A stretch of DNA of 64,000 nt from NCBI GenBank assembly GCA_009694135.1, contig SHVS01000010.1:5780-69779 (forward strand), read 5' to 3'. Under the pieces are notes generated by a model. That model did not search any database and had not been told where the DNA came from. It worked only from the letters and a program-made list of their open reading frames with translations. The translations under genes and the position numbers were made by a program. Below are positions 36,773 through 46,591 of this stretch, piece by piece (the stretch's first letter is position 1; every line of letters begins with the position of its first letter). Source of the DNA: Alphaproteobacteria bacterium (GTDB taxonomy: Bacteria; Pseudomonadota; Alphaproteobacteria; UBA6615).

Positions 36773-36943
36773 CCGCGCACTCGTCCTTGCTTGTTACCTC
36801 GCGCCGGCCGGCCGCGCCGGAAGGCCACCCATGGCACTCGCCCGCAGCACCATTGGCAGCGCCACAGAGGCTTGTTCAGCCGCTGGAGTATACGGGATGA
36901 ACCCTAATACATCCAGCTTTGGCCGACCCGGCCCGAGCGAGCC

Positions 36944-37276
36944 CTACGAACCCTCGCGTGGCTTGAGGTATTTTTCGTACTTGCCCTCTTCGCCCTTATA
37001 CTTGTCTGCATCGGGGTTTGGTTCGCCCTTTTGCGTCACATTGGGCCAATCTTGTGCATAGACGCGGTTGAGCTCGACCCAGCGCTCAATCCCCGGCTCG
37101 GTATCGGGCACGATCGCCTCGGCGGGACACTCCGGTTCACAAACGCCGCAGTCGATGCATTCGTCTGGATGGATCACCAACATGGTCTCGCCCTCATAAA
37201 AGCAATCAACCGGGCAGACTTCGACGCAGTCCTTGTACTTGCACAGGATGCATTGTTCGGTGACGACATAACTCAT
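36944..37276 (-). CDS. fdxA: 7Fe ferredoxin (3Fe-4S plus 4Fe-4S)
   Basis: [18 protein letters not shown]...[12 protein letters not shown]. Confidence 0.9.
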   Translation of the reverse strand: MSYVVTEQCILCKYKDCVEVCPVDCFYEGETMLVIHPDECIDCGVCEPECPAEAIVPDTEPGIERWVELNRVYAQDWPNVTQKGEPNPDADKYKGEEGKYEKYLKPREGS

Positions 37277-37339
37277 GCGACGCTTCCTCTTGGATAACCC
37301 TGTCAGGCGATAAAATGGGGCGGAGCGAAAAATCCCGCG

Positions 37340-37779
37340 CTAAGACGTTACGGCGCGCTTGCGCGCCGAGCCACTGTCGCGATCCTCGACATGGAGCAGC
37401 CCAGCGATACGGCGCATCAGATTGGCCTCGTAGTCATGCACATATCCGTCGGCATTCACCACGCGCCACAGCGCCTCGATCAGCGAAACGCGGGCGGCGT
37501 GATCAAGGTCGCGATTGAGCGCGCGGCTGAAGCCGTGAAAATCATTGGTCGCGATTGAGCGCGGCTTTCGGCCTCATCCACCAGACCCACGGCGACGGCT
37601 TCGCTCAGTTCAAAGCTACGCACCAGCGCGCCCTCGATCTCGCGCCGCTCGACCGGGTCCATGTGCCCGTCGACCAGCGCGGCTTCGACCAAGAGGCCGG
37701 CGGCCGACTCTTTGAGGTCGCGACCCGGCGCGGCGGCCGACGCCTGGCCGCGGATAAGCGTGCGTAACCTGTTCAGCAT
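37340..37779 (-). pseudogene. TerB-family protein gene disrupted by a 17-bp direct duplication
   Basis: From ATG 37779 the frame reads MLNRLRTLIRG...AAGLLVEAALVDGHMDPVERREIEGAL...EAES and then goes out of frame. Deleting the ectopic 17-mer at 37547-37563 restores ...NDFHGFSRALNRDLDHAARVSLIEALWRVVNADGYVHDYEANLMRRIAGLLHV... down to TAG at 37340-37342. Confidence 0.65.
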
Positions 37780-37825
37780 GGCGTGCCGGTAGCATGCCGC
37801 TCCGCCTGCCGGCAAGGGCCGCGCT

Positions 37826-38218
37826 TCAGTCGCCAACATCCGACAGCCGATCGATGCGCCTTCGGTCGCGCTTGGTCGGGCGGCCGGATCCTGCCTCCCG
37901 CTCGGCCGGCCGGCGCAACAACGCCTGCGCCACGGGATCGAGAGGCGGCGGTTTCGGCGCGCGATCCGCATACAGAGCCTGGGCCTCCGCCGCCGGGCCG
38001 CGACGTGTCCCGAGCTCCAGCACCTCGATCACACGCACGCGATCGCCTTGCGCGAAGGTCAGCACGTCGCCCTTGCGCACCAGAGCATGCGACTTCTCCA
38101 CTGCCTGGCGGTTCAGCCGCACATGGCCAGCGCGGCACAGCTTGGTCGCCAGGGAGCGGCTCTTGCAGAAGCGCGCGAACCATAGCCACTTGTCCAGGCG
38201 CAGGGCGTCCTCGGCCAT
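37826..38218 (-). CDS. hslR: RNA-binding S4-domain protein (Hsp15-like)
   Basis: From ATG 38218: MAEDALRLDKWLWFARFCKSRSLATKLCRAGHVRLNRQ. Confidence 0.7.
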   Translation of the reverse strand: MAEDALRLDKWLWFARFCKSRSLATKLCRAGHVRLNRQAVEKSHALVRKGDVLTFAQGDRVRVIEVLELGTRRGPAAEAQALYADRAPKPPPLDPVAQALLRRPAEREAGSGRPTKRDRRRIDRLSDVGD

Positions 38219-38225
38219 GAAGGCC

Positions 38226-40742
38226 TTAGCCCGAAGAGTTGGGCATACGCAGCCGGCGGAGCGCGGCAAACGGCGAGTCCGCTTCCCGGCGCGGCCGGCG
38301 CGGGCGCGAGCCTGGGCGTGCGCTCGCGGCCAGACGACGCCACGGCTGCTCCTCCGGGCGCGCCGCCACACGCGGAGCGCCGTCTTCGCTCGTCACGAGG
38401 AATCCAAGCGCCTCGGCCACGGCGGCAAGCTCGGCGGTTTTAGCGCCAATCAGACCGCATAACGCCCCCGGAACCGGCGCCGGAAGCGAACGCAAGGCGC
38501 GTAACGCTTGGCGCAAGCGTTCCAGAATATCGACGCGGACGGCAAGCGGACCCGCGACTCGGTAGCCGGCGGCGGCATAGGCCTCGGTGGCGATTTTGGA
38601 CAGGCGCACGACCGCCGGGCGACTCCCATCCGGTAGCCCTACGGGCAGCGGCACGCCGCGCAATGCCGACCAGAGCAAAAGGCGCAGAGCATTCGCCGCC
38701 GGCTTGAGCAGCACCGGCATGAAAATCACCAGCGCCCCCAGGCGCACGCCGTGCCGCGCCAGCGCCTGCCGGTCGGATGGCCGCAAAGCGGCCAGCTGCG
38801 CCGCGGCATCGGCGCTGGCGGCCACCCCGCCCCCCTGCACGAGCTGATAGGCGACGCCGCGCGCCGACCCCGCCAGCGGTGCCTCGGCCAGGGCGAAGAG
38901 CGGCGAAAGCCTTTGCCGCAGCATGCGCTCCAGCCAATCGGCCAGGCGGCGGCGAAGGCGTTCCTTTTGTGCTCCGATCAAGAGATCGGAGGCGTCGACC
39001 TCGATTGCCGGACGCAACAGATCGGGTCCGGCGCCCAGCCGCGCGACCGGAGCGCCATCCCAAGTGATGCGCCCGGCGGCGGTGAGTGCAAAACGCGCGT
39101 CCGCAGCGGTTTCAAGACGCGCCACGCGCTCGGCCATGGCACCGCGCGCCGCGCGTTCGGCGGCGGACAACATGACGGCGGAACCGGCGGCGGTCGGCAG
39201 CGGAACCAGGCGGAAACCTTCGATCCGTCCCGCCGCCTCGCCTTCGACAGCGACCAGGCCCTCGCCGGTCACAGAGGTCAACAGCCCACTGCCGCGTTCG
39301 CGCAGCCGCCGCACAAGTGAGGCCGCACGGCGATCGATGAAGCGCTCGGTCAAGCCCAAATGCAGCGCGTCGGAAAGCTTATCCTCCAGCGCGCGGGTGC
39401 GCTCCTGCCACTGCTCCGCATCGCTCAGCCAGCCGCGCCGATTGGCCAGATAAGTCCAGGTACGCGTATGCGCGATGCGCGTGACGAGCGCGTCGATCGG
39501 GCCATCTATGCGATCCAGCCGCGCCAGTGCCCGCTCGATCGTGTCGGCTGGAATGACCCCTTCAGGCGATAGGAGGAACTGGTAGATGCGGCCCAGCAAC
39601 CGCTGGTGCCCATCGGTCATGTCCTTGCGGAAGTCGGGCGTGCCGCACACTTCCCACAACAGCCGTATCGAGGCCGGCGACGACGCCCAGCGGCGGATGT
39701 CCGGATCGCGCATGAGAAAGGCGAGCGCGCGCGTGTCGTCGGTGTCGGGCGCGCGCATCAAGTCCGCCTCGGGCGGCGGCCGCTCCAGGCTGCGCTTGAG
39801 CGCATCGAGCGAGCCAAACTCCAGCTCGGAGTTGCGCCAATAAAGCGCGCGCAACGGATCGAAGCGGTGGTTCTCAACCGCCTGCACAATCTCCGTATCA
39901 ATTTCGGAAACATCGGCCGTGGTGCCGAAAGTGCCATCATTGAGATAGCGCCCGGCGCGGCCGGCAATCTGCGCGATCTCGGGCGGACTCAAGCGGCGGT
40001 GATCGTGCCCATCGAATTTTGACAGGGCCGCAAAGGCGACATGGTCGATGCCCATGTTGAGCCCCATGCCGATCGCATCGGTCGCCACCAGAAAATCGAC
40101 CTCGCCCGCCTCGTAGAGAGCGACCTGCGCGTTGCGCGTGCGCGGGCTCAGCGCGCCCAGCACCACCGCCGCACCGCCGCGCTGACGACGGATCAACTCG
40201 GCGAGCGCATAGACCTCGGCGGCGGAGAAGGCGACCACGGCCGAGCGCGGCGGCAGCCGCAAAAGCTTGCTGCGACCAGCATAGGACAGGCGTGAGAAAC
40301 GCGGCCGGCGGATAATCTCCGCCTCCGGAACTAGGCGGCGCACGAGCGGCGCGATGGTTTCCGCGCCAAGGAACATCGTTTCGCGTTCCCCGCGCGCATA
40401 GAGCAAGCGATCGGTGAACACATGCCCGCGCTCGGCATCGGCGGCAAGCTGGATTTCGTCCACCGCCAGGAACTCGACCCGGCGGTCGAGCGGCATCGCC
40501 TCGACCGTGCAGAGGAAATAGCGCGCATGCGGCGGGAGGATGCGTTCCTCCCCGGTGATCAGCGCGACCGCGCGCTCGCCTTTCATCTGCCGCACGCGAT
40601 CGAAGTTCTCGCGCGCCAGCAGGCGAAGCGGAAAGCCCATCATTCCGGTCGCGTGAGCGACCATGCGGTCGATGGCCAGGTGGGTCTTGCCCGTATTGGT
40701 GGGCCCGAGGACCGCCTTCACCTCCGAGTCCGGCGCGCGCAT
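38226..40742 (-). CDS. Suv3-like ATP-dependent helicase (superfamily 2)
   Basis: From ATG 40742: AVLGPTNTGKTHLAIDRM (Walker A), LAVDEIQLA (DEIQ box), VATDAIGMGLN, IAQIAGRAGR. Confidence 0.75.
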   Translation of the reverse strand: MRAPDSEVKAVLGPTNTGKTHLAIDRMVAHATGMMGFPLRLLARENFDRVRQMKGERAVALITGEERILPPHARYFLCTVEAMPLDRRVEFLAVDEIQLAADAERGHVFTDRLLYARGERETMFLGAETIAPLVRRLVPEAEIIRRPRFSRLSYAGRSKLLRLPPRSAVVAFSAAEVYALAELIRRQRGGAAVVLGALSPRTRNAQVALYEAGEVDFLVATDAIGMGLNMGIDHVAFAALSKFDGHDHRRLSPPEIAQIAGRAGRYLNDGTFGTTADVSEIDTEIVQAVENHRFDPLRALYWRNSELEFGSLDALKRSLERPPPEADLMRAPDTDDTRALAFLMRDPDIRRWASSPASIRLLWEVCGTPDFRKDMTDGHQRLLGRIYQFLLSPEGVIPADTIERALARLDRIDGPIDALVTRIAHTRTWTYLANRRGWLSDAEQWQERTRALEDKLSDALHLGLTERFIDRRAASLVRRLRERGSGLLTSVTGEGLVAVEGEAAGRIEGFRLVPLPTAAGSAVMLSAAERAARGAMAERVARLETAADARFALTAAGRITWDGAPVARLGAGPDLLRPAIEVDASDLLIGAQKERLRRRLADWLERMLRQRLSPLFALAEAPLAGSARGVAYQLVQGGGVAASADAAAQLAALRPSDRQALARHGVRLGALVIFMPVLLKPAANALRLLLWSALRGVPLPVGLPDGSRPAVVRLSKIATEAYAAAGYRVAGPLAVRVDILERLRQALRALRSLPAPVPGALCGLIGAKTAELAAVAEALGFLVTSEDGAPRVAARPEEQPWRRLAASARPGSRPRRPRREADSPFAALRRLRMPNSSG

Positions 40743-40794
40743 GGCTAAAGTGTCGGGATTGGCGGGCCGCAGCGCAAGAGGGATCCGTCGGCGA

Positions 40795-40830
40795 GGGAAA
40801 GGGCCGGCCCCGTGATGGAAGGGCCGGCCC
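40795..40830 (-). terminator. Putative terminator: two copies of the self-complementary 10-mer GGGCCGGCCC
   Basis: Copies at 40801-40810 and 40821-40830 can pair with each other (10-nt loop). On the minus strand they are followed by TTTCCC. Located just downstream of the stop at 40856. Confidence 0.35.
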
Positions 40831-40855
40831 AATCAGTTGACAAAGAGGGTCGAGC

Positions 40856-42943
40856 TTACATCAAGACGTCGCTCTTTTGCGCCGCCGCGATAAGAGCCTC
40901 GGCATCGACCTGCAGCAAGAAGCCGGAGGAAACCGCCTTCTGTCCCGCGGCTTTGACGGCAGCGACATAACCATCATGCGTTTTGTAGCGCTCTTCGAGC
41001 GATGGGCGCGGATCGCCTTTGGCCTCGCGGTCCGCCTTGGTCTTGGCGAAGGGCACCATCCCCCCGGCATAGTTGCAGAGCTGGCCCGCGTGGAATCCGG
41101 CGGCGGTGATGTTCCAGCCCATATAGGTGCCAAGCGGCGCGTCGCGCAGCACCACCGGCACGCCCCCCAGCTCGTTGCCATCGGCATCGACCTTGGGCGC
41201 GAGCATCTTGATTACGCCTTTGATCTTCGGCGGCATGATGGTGGCGTAGCCTTTGGCGTCGAAGTTATCGAACTCCGGCCCGAAGTCGTAGTCGATCACC
41301 GGATTGATGAACCCGGTCGGCGCTGTCGCCGGCAGGCCAGGAATGGTAGGGAAGCCGAGCGATTCCTTGGTCGCCTCGGCCAGATGCCCGGCGGCAAGCG
41401 TCGGGTATTGGCTCGGCGGCGGGTTCACGCCCTTCATCACCCAGTTGCGGAAATGCACGCGGAGCGCGTTGACCGTCTCCGTGTGCGGCACCGGATTGGC
41501 GGCCAGCGAACCCTGTCCGTAGCCGTTGCTCGGTCAGGCCGGCGGAGCAGCCGGGACGGCGGAGAACCCGCCCGCGCCGCCTCCATGCGCCGCGCTCGGG
41601 ATGTAATAGCGGCGGCCGCTGTCGGCGAGCGGGATGTCGGCTTCAGCCGAGGCGCCAACCCATTCCGGGGTCAGCTTCAGCCCCCACACTTCGGCGGCGC
41701 CGAAATGCTCGATGATCTTCGGGCAGGTTTTTGACGCGGTGCAGCGATCCAAAATACCGCCGACCGGTAGCCCGCGCACTTTATCCGGCCAAGGGTTCCA
41801 CCATTGCGGCCCCTCGCTGCCCGGTTCGTAGAGTTTCAGCACGCCATCCGGCATGGCGAAGCGGGCGTTGAGCGCGATCCGCCGCCCGGCAATGATCGGC
41901 CAGGCGCCTTCAAAGACCGGCTTGCCGTCTTCGCCCTCGTTGAAGCCGAGATGCAGGAATCCGCGCAGCATATTGCCCGATTGCGATACGCCGCGCGCGA
42001 TCGCCCATTTGATGCCACCCGCTAGCGGATTGGGCGTGCCGGCGTCGTCGGCTTGGGCCGTCTTGAAGAACGAGCCGAGATCGCGGAAGGCGGCGAAGCC
42101 GATGCCGAGCACAGGCGGATCTTGCGCCGTGAACACAACTTCATAGAGCAGCTTTGCGTCGAAGCCATCCTTGAGGCAGATCTGCGTCGGATCGGGCTTG
42201 CCCGGAAACGGGGTGTTGGCGTCACATTTGGCCCAGGCCCAGTCTCCTGCGGGCACTTCGCGCACATCGCCGAGCTTGCCATCCATGCCCTCCGACGCAT
42301 GCGTGTGCAGCGTGGCGAGCTTGGTATCGAGACTGGCCGGCTTATAGGGAACAGGGTTGGAATGGACGAACATCGGCTGCGAGTTCTTGCCGCTCGCATT
42401 GAGAACGCGCCCGATCACCGGGCCAGTTATCGAACTTCCGTCAAGATTCTTGGCGATCGGCACCACGGCATAGTCGTTGTTCGGGCCGGGTGCGGTTCCG
42501 CCAGAATTGTCGCCCTGCCAGCCCGCGCTTAGGCCGACATCGCCCAGAAGCCGCTCGGCGGCGACGATAATGAGCCGCCCTCCCCGGTTGGGCACGTCTT
42601 GCCACATCATCCCGCTGGCCTTCGCCATGTCCATCGGTTTGGCAATTTGGAAACTGGCTGAATAGTCGACCATCCCGCGCGCATTCTTTGGCGCGAGCTG
42701 AATATCCTGGATGATGGCGTTGCGCGGATCGTTCGGATCGATCTCGCCATAAGCCATGCCCGCCAATAGCTCGTATTGCCCGGCGGCGCCGAAGCTGGCG
42801 TCGTCGAAGGCCGGCGAGGTCTTCTTATCGATGACAATGCGGCTGACGCGGGCGTCAGCACTCGGCGGAAAAGCAAGTGCGAGTGCGGCGATGCCGACAA
42901 AAGCAACGGCGAGCTCGCCTGTAGTGGGCGATTTCCCCCACAT
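40856..42943 (-). pseudogene. Secreted alpha/beta-hydrolase-domain-like protein (about 695 codons) interrupted by one in-frame TGA at 41534-41536
   Basis: GGGAGG lies upstream of ATG 42943, followed by a signal peptide (AVAFVGIAALALAFPPSADA). Track ORFs 41534..43063(-) and 40856..41491(-) are in the same frame: ...SAVPAAPPA*PSNGYGQGSLAANPVPHTETVNALRVHFRNWV.... Confidence 0.65.
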
Positions 42944-43077
42944 GTTTTCCTCCCATTTAATGGGCGGGAAACGCCGCAGCCCGAAGAAGTCGATGGATTG
43001 ACGCGCTCCCCGCAGCGATAGCGATTGATCTGACCGTCCGGCGCGCGGCCTGTCAATGCACAAGGGCGTGAGGCACC

Positions 43078-43836
43078 CTAATCCGATTCGCGCTTGGCGT
43101 CCTCGATCAGCGGCACGAAGGCGACTTCGAGCAGCGGCGTCTCCTCGAAGCGCTTGGCCGATAGGCGCCGGACCAGGGTCAGCTCCTGTCCGAAGTTTCG
43201 CGCAGGCTGTCCGTCCGGCACTACCAACTCGCTCTTGAAGCCCTGGCCCAGAAGCCTTGACCGGAACGGGGTCTGGCCGAGCGGCAGCAAAAGACGTCCG
43301 CCGACCGCAAGTTGCGCCAGCAGCGCGTAAGGAACCCGTTGTGCCGTCGCCGTGACGATGATCGCGTCATAGGGGGCGTGCTCGGCCCAACCGGCATGAC
43401 CATCCCCGATGCGAAAATGAATGTTGCGATATCCGAGGCTTGCAAGCGTCTCTTGCGCTTGCTCGGAAAGCTGGGTGATGCGCTCGACAGTGAATACGTC
43501 GGCGGCTAACTCGGCCAGCAGCGCGGTCTGGTAGCCCGAACCGGTGCCGATCTCCAGTACATGGGACTCCGGCGTGAGGTCGAGCAGCTCGGTCATTAAG
43601 GCGACGATGAACGGCTGGGAGATCGTTTGCCCGGCGCCGATCGGCAGCGGTCGGTTGTCGTAGGCGAAAGGCGAGGAAGGCTCGGGCACGAACTCCCTTC
43701 GCGGCACCCGCTGAAAGACCGTGCGAACCCGCGGCGAAAGCCGGTCGCGGCCGGTTTGGTCGGCGGTCAGGCGCAGCTCGGCGTCGATCTCACTCAACAG
43801 CGCCAGTTGGTCGTCACGCTCAGACATGGGACCCAT
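43078..43836 (-). CDS. pcm: Protein-L-isoaspartate O-methyltransferase (start 43836 or 43827)
   Basis: GAGQTISQPFIVALMTELL...VLEIGTGSGYQTALLAEL...YDAIIVTA. Confidence 0.8.
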   Translation of the reverse strand: MGPMSERDDQLALLSEIDAELRLTADQTGRDRLSPRVRTVFQRVPRREFVPEPSSPFAYDNRPLPIGAGQTISQPFIVALMTELLDLTPESHVLEIGTGSGYQTALLAELAADVFTVERITQLSEQAQETLASLGYRNIHFRIGDGHAGWAEHAPYDAIIVTATAQRVPYALLAQLAVGGRLLLPLGQTPFRSRLLGQGFKSELVVPDGQPARNFGQELTLVRRLSAKRFEETPLLEVAFVPLIEDAKRESD

Positions 43837-43846
43837 AGGCGCGGGA

Positions 43847-43876
43847 CTTGCGGTCGGGCGCGCGGGCGCACATATC
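43847..43876 (+). promoter_or_regulatory. Candidate sigma-32 (RpoH) heat-shock promoter for htpG
   Basis: CTTGCGG-N14-GCACATAT compared with the consensus CTTGAAA-N13/14-CCCCATNT. It lies about 35 nt upstream of the htpG ATG. Confidence 0.3.
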
Positions 43877-43909
43877 TGCGCCGCCCCAGCAGCACGCAAC
43901 CAGGTAGCC

Positions 43910-45775
43910 ATGGACCAGGAAACACATCCGTTTCAAGCCGAAGTCTCCCGCCTGCTCGGGATCGTGACCCATTCACTCTACACCAACCGCGAAATTTTTC
44001 TGCGCGAGTTGATCTCGAACGCTTCGGACGCCTGCGACCGCCTACGCCACCTAGCGCAGACTTCCCCCGAGACGGGTCCGGGCGAGGAGGAGCTGCGCAT
44101 CGTGCTCGAACCCGACCCGGCGGCGAGCACGCTCACCATCGCCGATAACGGCGTCGGCATGAACCGCGACGAACTGATTGCCAATCTCGGCACCATCGCC
44201 CGCTCCGGCACGGCCAAGTTCATGGAAGAACTGGCCGGCGATGCGCGCCGCGACCTGCCGCTGATCGGGCAGTTCGGCGTCGGCTTCTATTCGGCCTTCA
44301 TGGTCGCCGACCGGGTGAGCGTTGTCAGCCGGCGCGCCGGAGAAGCGGGCGCCTGGCGCTGGGACAGCGACGGCGCCGGCAGCTTCACCACCGCCCCGGC
44401 CGCCCACGACAGCGCGCGCGGCACACGCGTCACGCTCCACCTGAAGGACGACGCACAGGAATTTCTTGAGCCGCATCGGCTGCAGGAGATCGTGCGCTCC
44501 TATTCCGATCACGTCGCGCTGCCGGTGATGTTGAAAAGCGCGGGCAAGGAAGAACAGATCAACGCCGGGCGAGCGCTGTGGACGCGGCCCAAGTCCGCAA
44601 TCACCGAGCGGCAATATGCCGAGTTTTATCGTCATGCCGCGCATGCCTTCGACGAGCCGTGGATGGTGTTGCACAATCGTGCCGAGGGCGTGATTTCCTA
44701 CGCCAGCCTGTTGTTCATCCCCGGCGCGCGCCCGCACGACCTGTTCCAGCCCGAGCGCAAGCATGGGGTGAAGCTCTATGTGCGGCGCGTGTTCGTCACC
44801 GACCATTGCGACGATCTTCTGCCCGGCTGGCTGCGCTTCATGCGCGGCGTGGTCGATAGCGAGGATTTGCCGCTCAACATCAGCCGCGAGACGCTGCAGA
44901 AGAACCCGATATTGGCTAAAATGCGATCCGGGCTGGTGAAACGCATTCTCGGCGAGCTGAAGACCAAGGCCGAAGCCGCGCCGGAGGACTACGCCAAATT
45001 CTGGGAGAATTTCGGCGGCGCGATCAAGGAAGGCCTCTACGAGGAATCGAATGAGCGCGATGCGCTGCTGGGTTTGGTGCGCTTCCGCTCGACCGGCGCC
45101 GAAGGCTGGGTGAGCCTGGCCGACTACGTCGCGCGGATGAAACCGGGGCAGAGCCTGATCTACACCGCCGCCGGGGACGACCCAGACGCGCTCAAGGCCT
45201 CGCCACAACTCGAGGGTTTCCGCGCGCGCGGGCTGGAGGTGCTTTTGCTGACGGATGCGGTCGATGAATTCTGGCCGGCGATGGTCGGCGGCTACAACGG
45301 CAAGAATTTTCGCTCTGTGACGCAGGGCGAAAGCGATCTCTCCGCCTTTCCGCTGCTCGACGCCGCCACCAAAGAAGCCGAACCGCCGGCCAAGGGCATC
45401 CACAGCTTGGTCGCGCTGTTGAAGCTCGCGCTCACGGACAAGGTGAAAGACGTGCGCGAAAGCGACCGGCTGACCGACAGCGCCGTGTGCCTGGTGGCCG
45501 ATGCGCGTGATGCAGACCTGCACCTCGAGCGGCTGCTGCGCCAGCACAAACGCATCGAGACACGCGCCGCGCGCATACTCGAGATCAACCCGCGCCACCC
45601 GCTCATCCGCAGCCTGGCGGCGCGCGTTTCGGATCAGGGGCCGGACTTGAAGATGGACGATCTGGCGCTGCTGTTGCTCGATCAGGCGCAGATCCTGGAA
45701 GGCGAGCCGCTCGCCGACCCCGCCGGCTTCGCCCGCCGCCTCGCCAGCATTATGCAGAAGGGCGTAGGGGCGTAG
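43910..45775 (+). CDS. htpG: Molecular chaperone HtpG (Hsp90)
   Basis: From ATG 43910: MDQETHPFQAEVSRLLGIVTHSLYTNREIFLRELISNASDACDRLR...IGQFGVGFYSAFMVAD. Confidence 0.9.
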   Translation: MDQETHPFQAEVSRLLGIVTHSLYTNREIFLRELISNASDACDRLRHLAQTSPETGPGEEELRIVLEPDPAASTLTIADNGVGMNRDELIANLGTIARSGTAKFMEELAGDARRDLPLIGQFGVGFYSAFMVADRVSVVSRRAGEAGAWRWDSDGAGSFTTAPAAHDSARGTRVTLHLKDDAQEFLEPHRLQEIVRSYSDHVALPVMLKSAGKEEQINAGRALWTRPKSAITERQYAEFYRHAAHAFDEPWMVLHNRAEGVISYASLLFIPGARPHDLFQPERKHGVKLYVRRVFVTDHCDDLLPGWLRFMRGVVDSEDLPLNISRETLQKNPILAKMRSGLVKRILGELKTKAEAAPEDYAKFWENFGGAIKEGLYEESNERDALLGLVRFRSTGAEGWVSLADYVARMKPGQSLIYTAAGDDPDALKASPQLEGFRARGLEVLLLTDAVDEFWPAMVGGYNGKNFRSVTQGESDLSAFPLLDAATKEAEPPAKGIHSLVALLKLALTDKVKDVRESDRLTDSAVCLVADARDADLHLERLLRQHKRIETRAARILEINPRHPLIRSLAARVSDQGPDLKMDDLALLLLDQAQILEGEPLADPAGFARRLASIMQKGVGA

Positions 45776-45790
45776 CGCCAACGCCGCGTG

Positions 45791-46516
45791 CTATTTCTTC
45801 GCCACCCGCGCGACGCCGAGGACTTCGCCGCCGCCGGCGTCCTGCACGATTACGGCGAAGCCATCCTCGCCGACGCCCTTGCCGAGGTCTTCGAGATCGA
45901 GGGTGAGTTCGATCGGTTCGCCTTGCCAAGTGGCGACGTTTAGCAGCGAGCGAACCACATTGATGTTGACCAGCGAGCGACCCTGGTTCTCGCCGCGCGC
46001 GACTTCGGTTTTGCGCTCGCTATCCCAGCGCACGATCAGCACATCCGCCTCGCCCGGGCGGTCACCGCCATCGACCGAAATCTGCAGCCGGCGCGGCCCG
46101 ACTAAACTTGCGCGCACGTCGATGCGGCCATTTTCGACCCGCGCGGCGCGCGTGGCCGCGCGCTCGATCGCGCGCCTATCCGCGCCCCGCCCCTCCCAAA
46201 CGCCATTGACCAACACCTGCGGCGTATAGACGTAGGGCAATTTCAGCCGCGCGGCATAGGTGCGCTGGCGCGCGGTGAACTCGGGATCGGCGAAGGGATC
46301 CTTCCAGCCGATGTAGTCCCAGTAATCGATGTGGAAACTGAGCGCGAGCACGTCCCGGCGCTTAGCCAAATCGGCCAGCACCGCATCCGCCGGCACGCAG
46401 GTCGAGCAGCCTTGCGCGGTGTACAGCTCGACCAGCACCAGCCGGTTCTGGGCGACAGCCGGCGCCGCCCCGGCGAGCGCGGCCAAACCGATAATCGTAA
46501 AAAGAATCCGTAGCAT
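45791..46516 (-). CDS. DUF1223 thioredoxin-like secreted protein
   Basis: Signal peptide MLRILFTIIGLAALAGAAPAVA, then VELYTAQGCSTCVPAD...LSFHIDYWDYIGWKDPF. Confidence 0.7.
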   Translation of the reverse strand: MLRILFTIIGLAALAGAAPAVAQNRLVLVELYTAQGCSTCVPADAVLADLAKRRDVLALSFHIDYWDYIGWKDPFADPEFTARQRTYAARLKLPYVYTPQVLVNGVWEGRGADRRAIERAATRAARVENGRIDVRASLVGPRRLQISVDGGDRPGEADVLIVRWDSERKTEVARGENQGRSLVNINVVRSLLNVATWQGEPIELTLDLEDLGKGVGEDGFAVIVQDAGGGEVLGVARVAKK

Positions 46517-46591
46517 GCTGGTAGTCTGCCCGAGGTGCCGCCCGGCGCGCCAATCAAAACCGCTCACCCTTCGGTGAGTGGCAGCCTCGGA

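Noticed and set aside
37340-40742. TerB-domain gene next to a large helicase, reminiscent of the Shango defence system (TerB plus ATPase plus helicase)
   Set aside because: The helicase is the Suv3-like type. It sits with S4/hslR, fdxA and carD in what I recognise as a conserved housekeeping neighbourhood of alphaproteobacteria. There is no second ATPase gene, and the TerB protein is the small stand-alone type. Context argues against a defence island.
41486-41536. Selenocysteine decoding of the in-frame TGA in the hydrolase gene
   Set aside because: No convincing SECIS-like stem-loop lies within about 40 nt downstream, the protein class is not a typical selenoprotein, and no sel genes are in the window. 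It is kept only as an alternative to test.
43721-43909. Upstream extensions of track ORFs for htpG (43721), ccmC (51586), ccmD (52065), ccmE (52805) and ccmH (55602)
   Set aside because: The family N-termini and the ATGA translational-coupling junctions identify the internal ATGs (43910, 52000, 52755, 52931, 55908) as the real starts.
44051-45781. 576-aa minus-strand ORF
   Set aside because: It is antisense to htpG, whose Hsp90 N-terminal ATPase signature is unambiguous.
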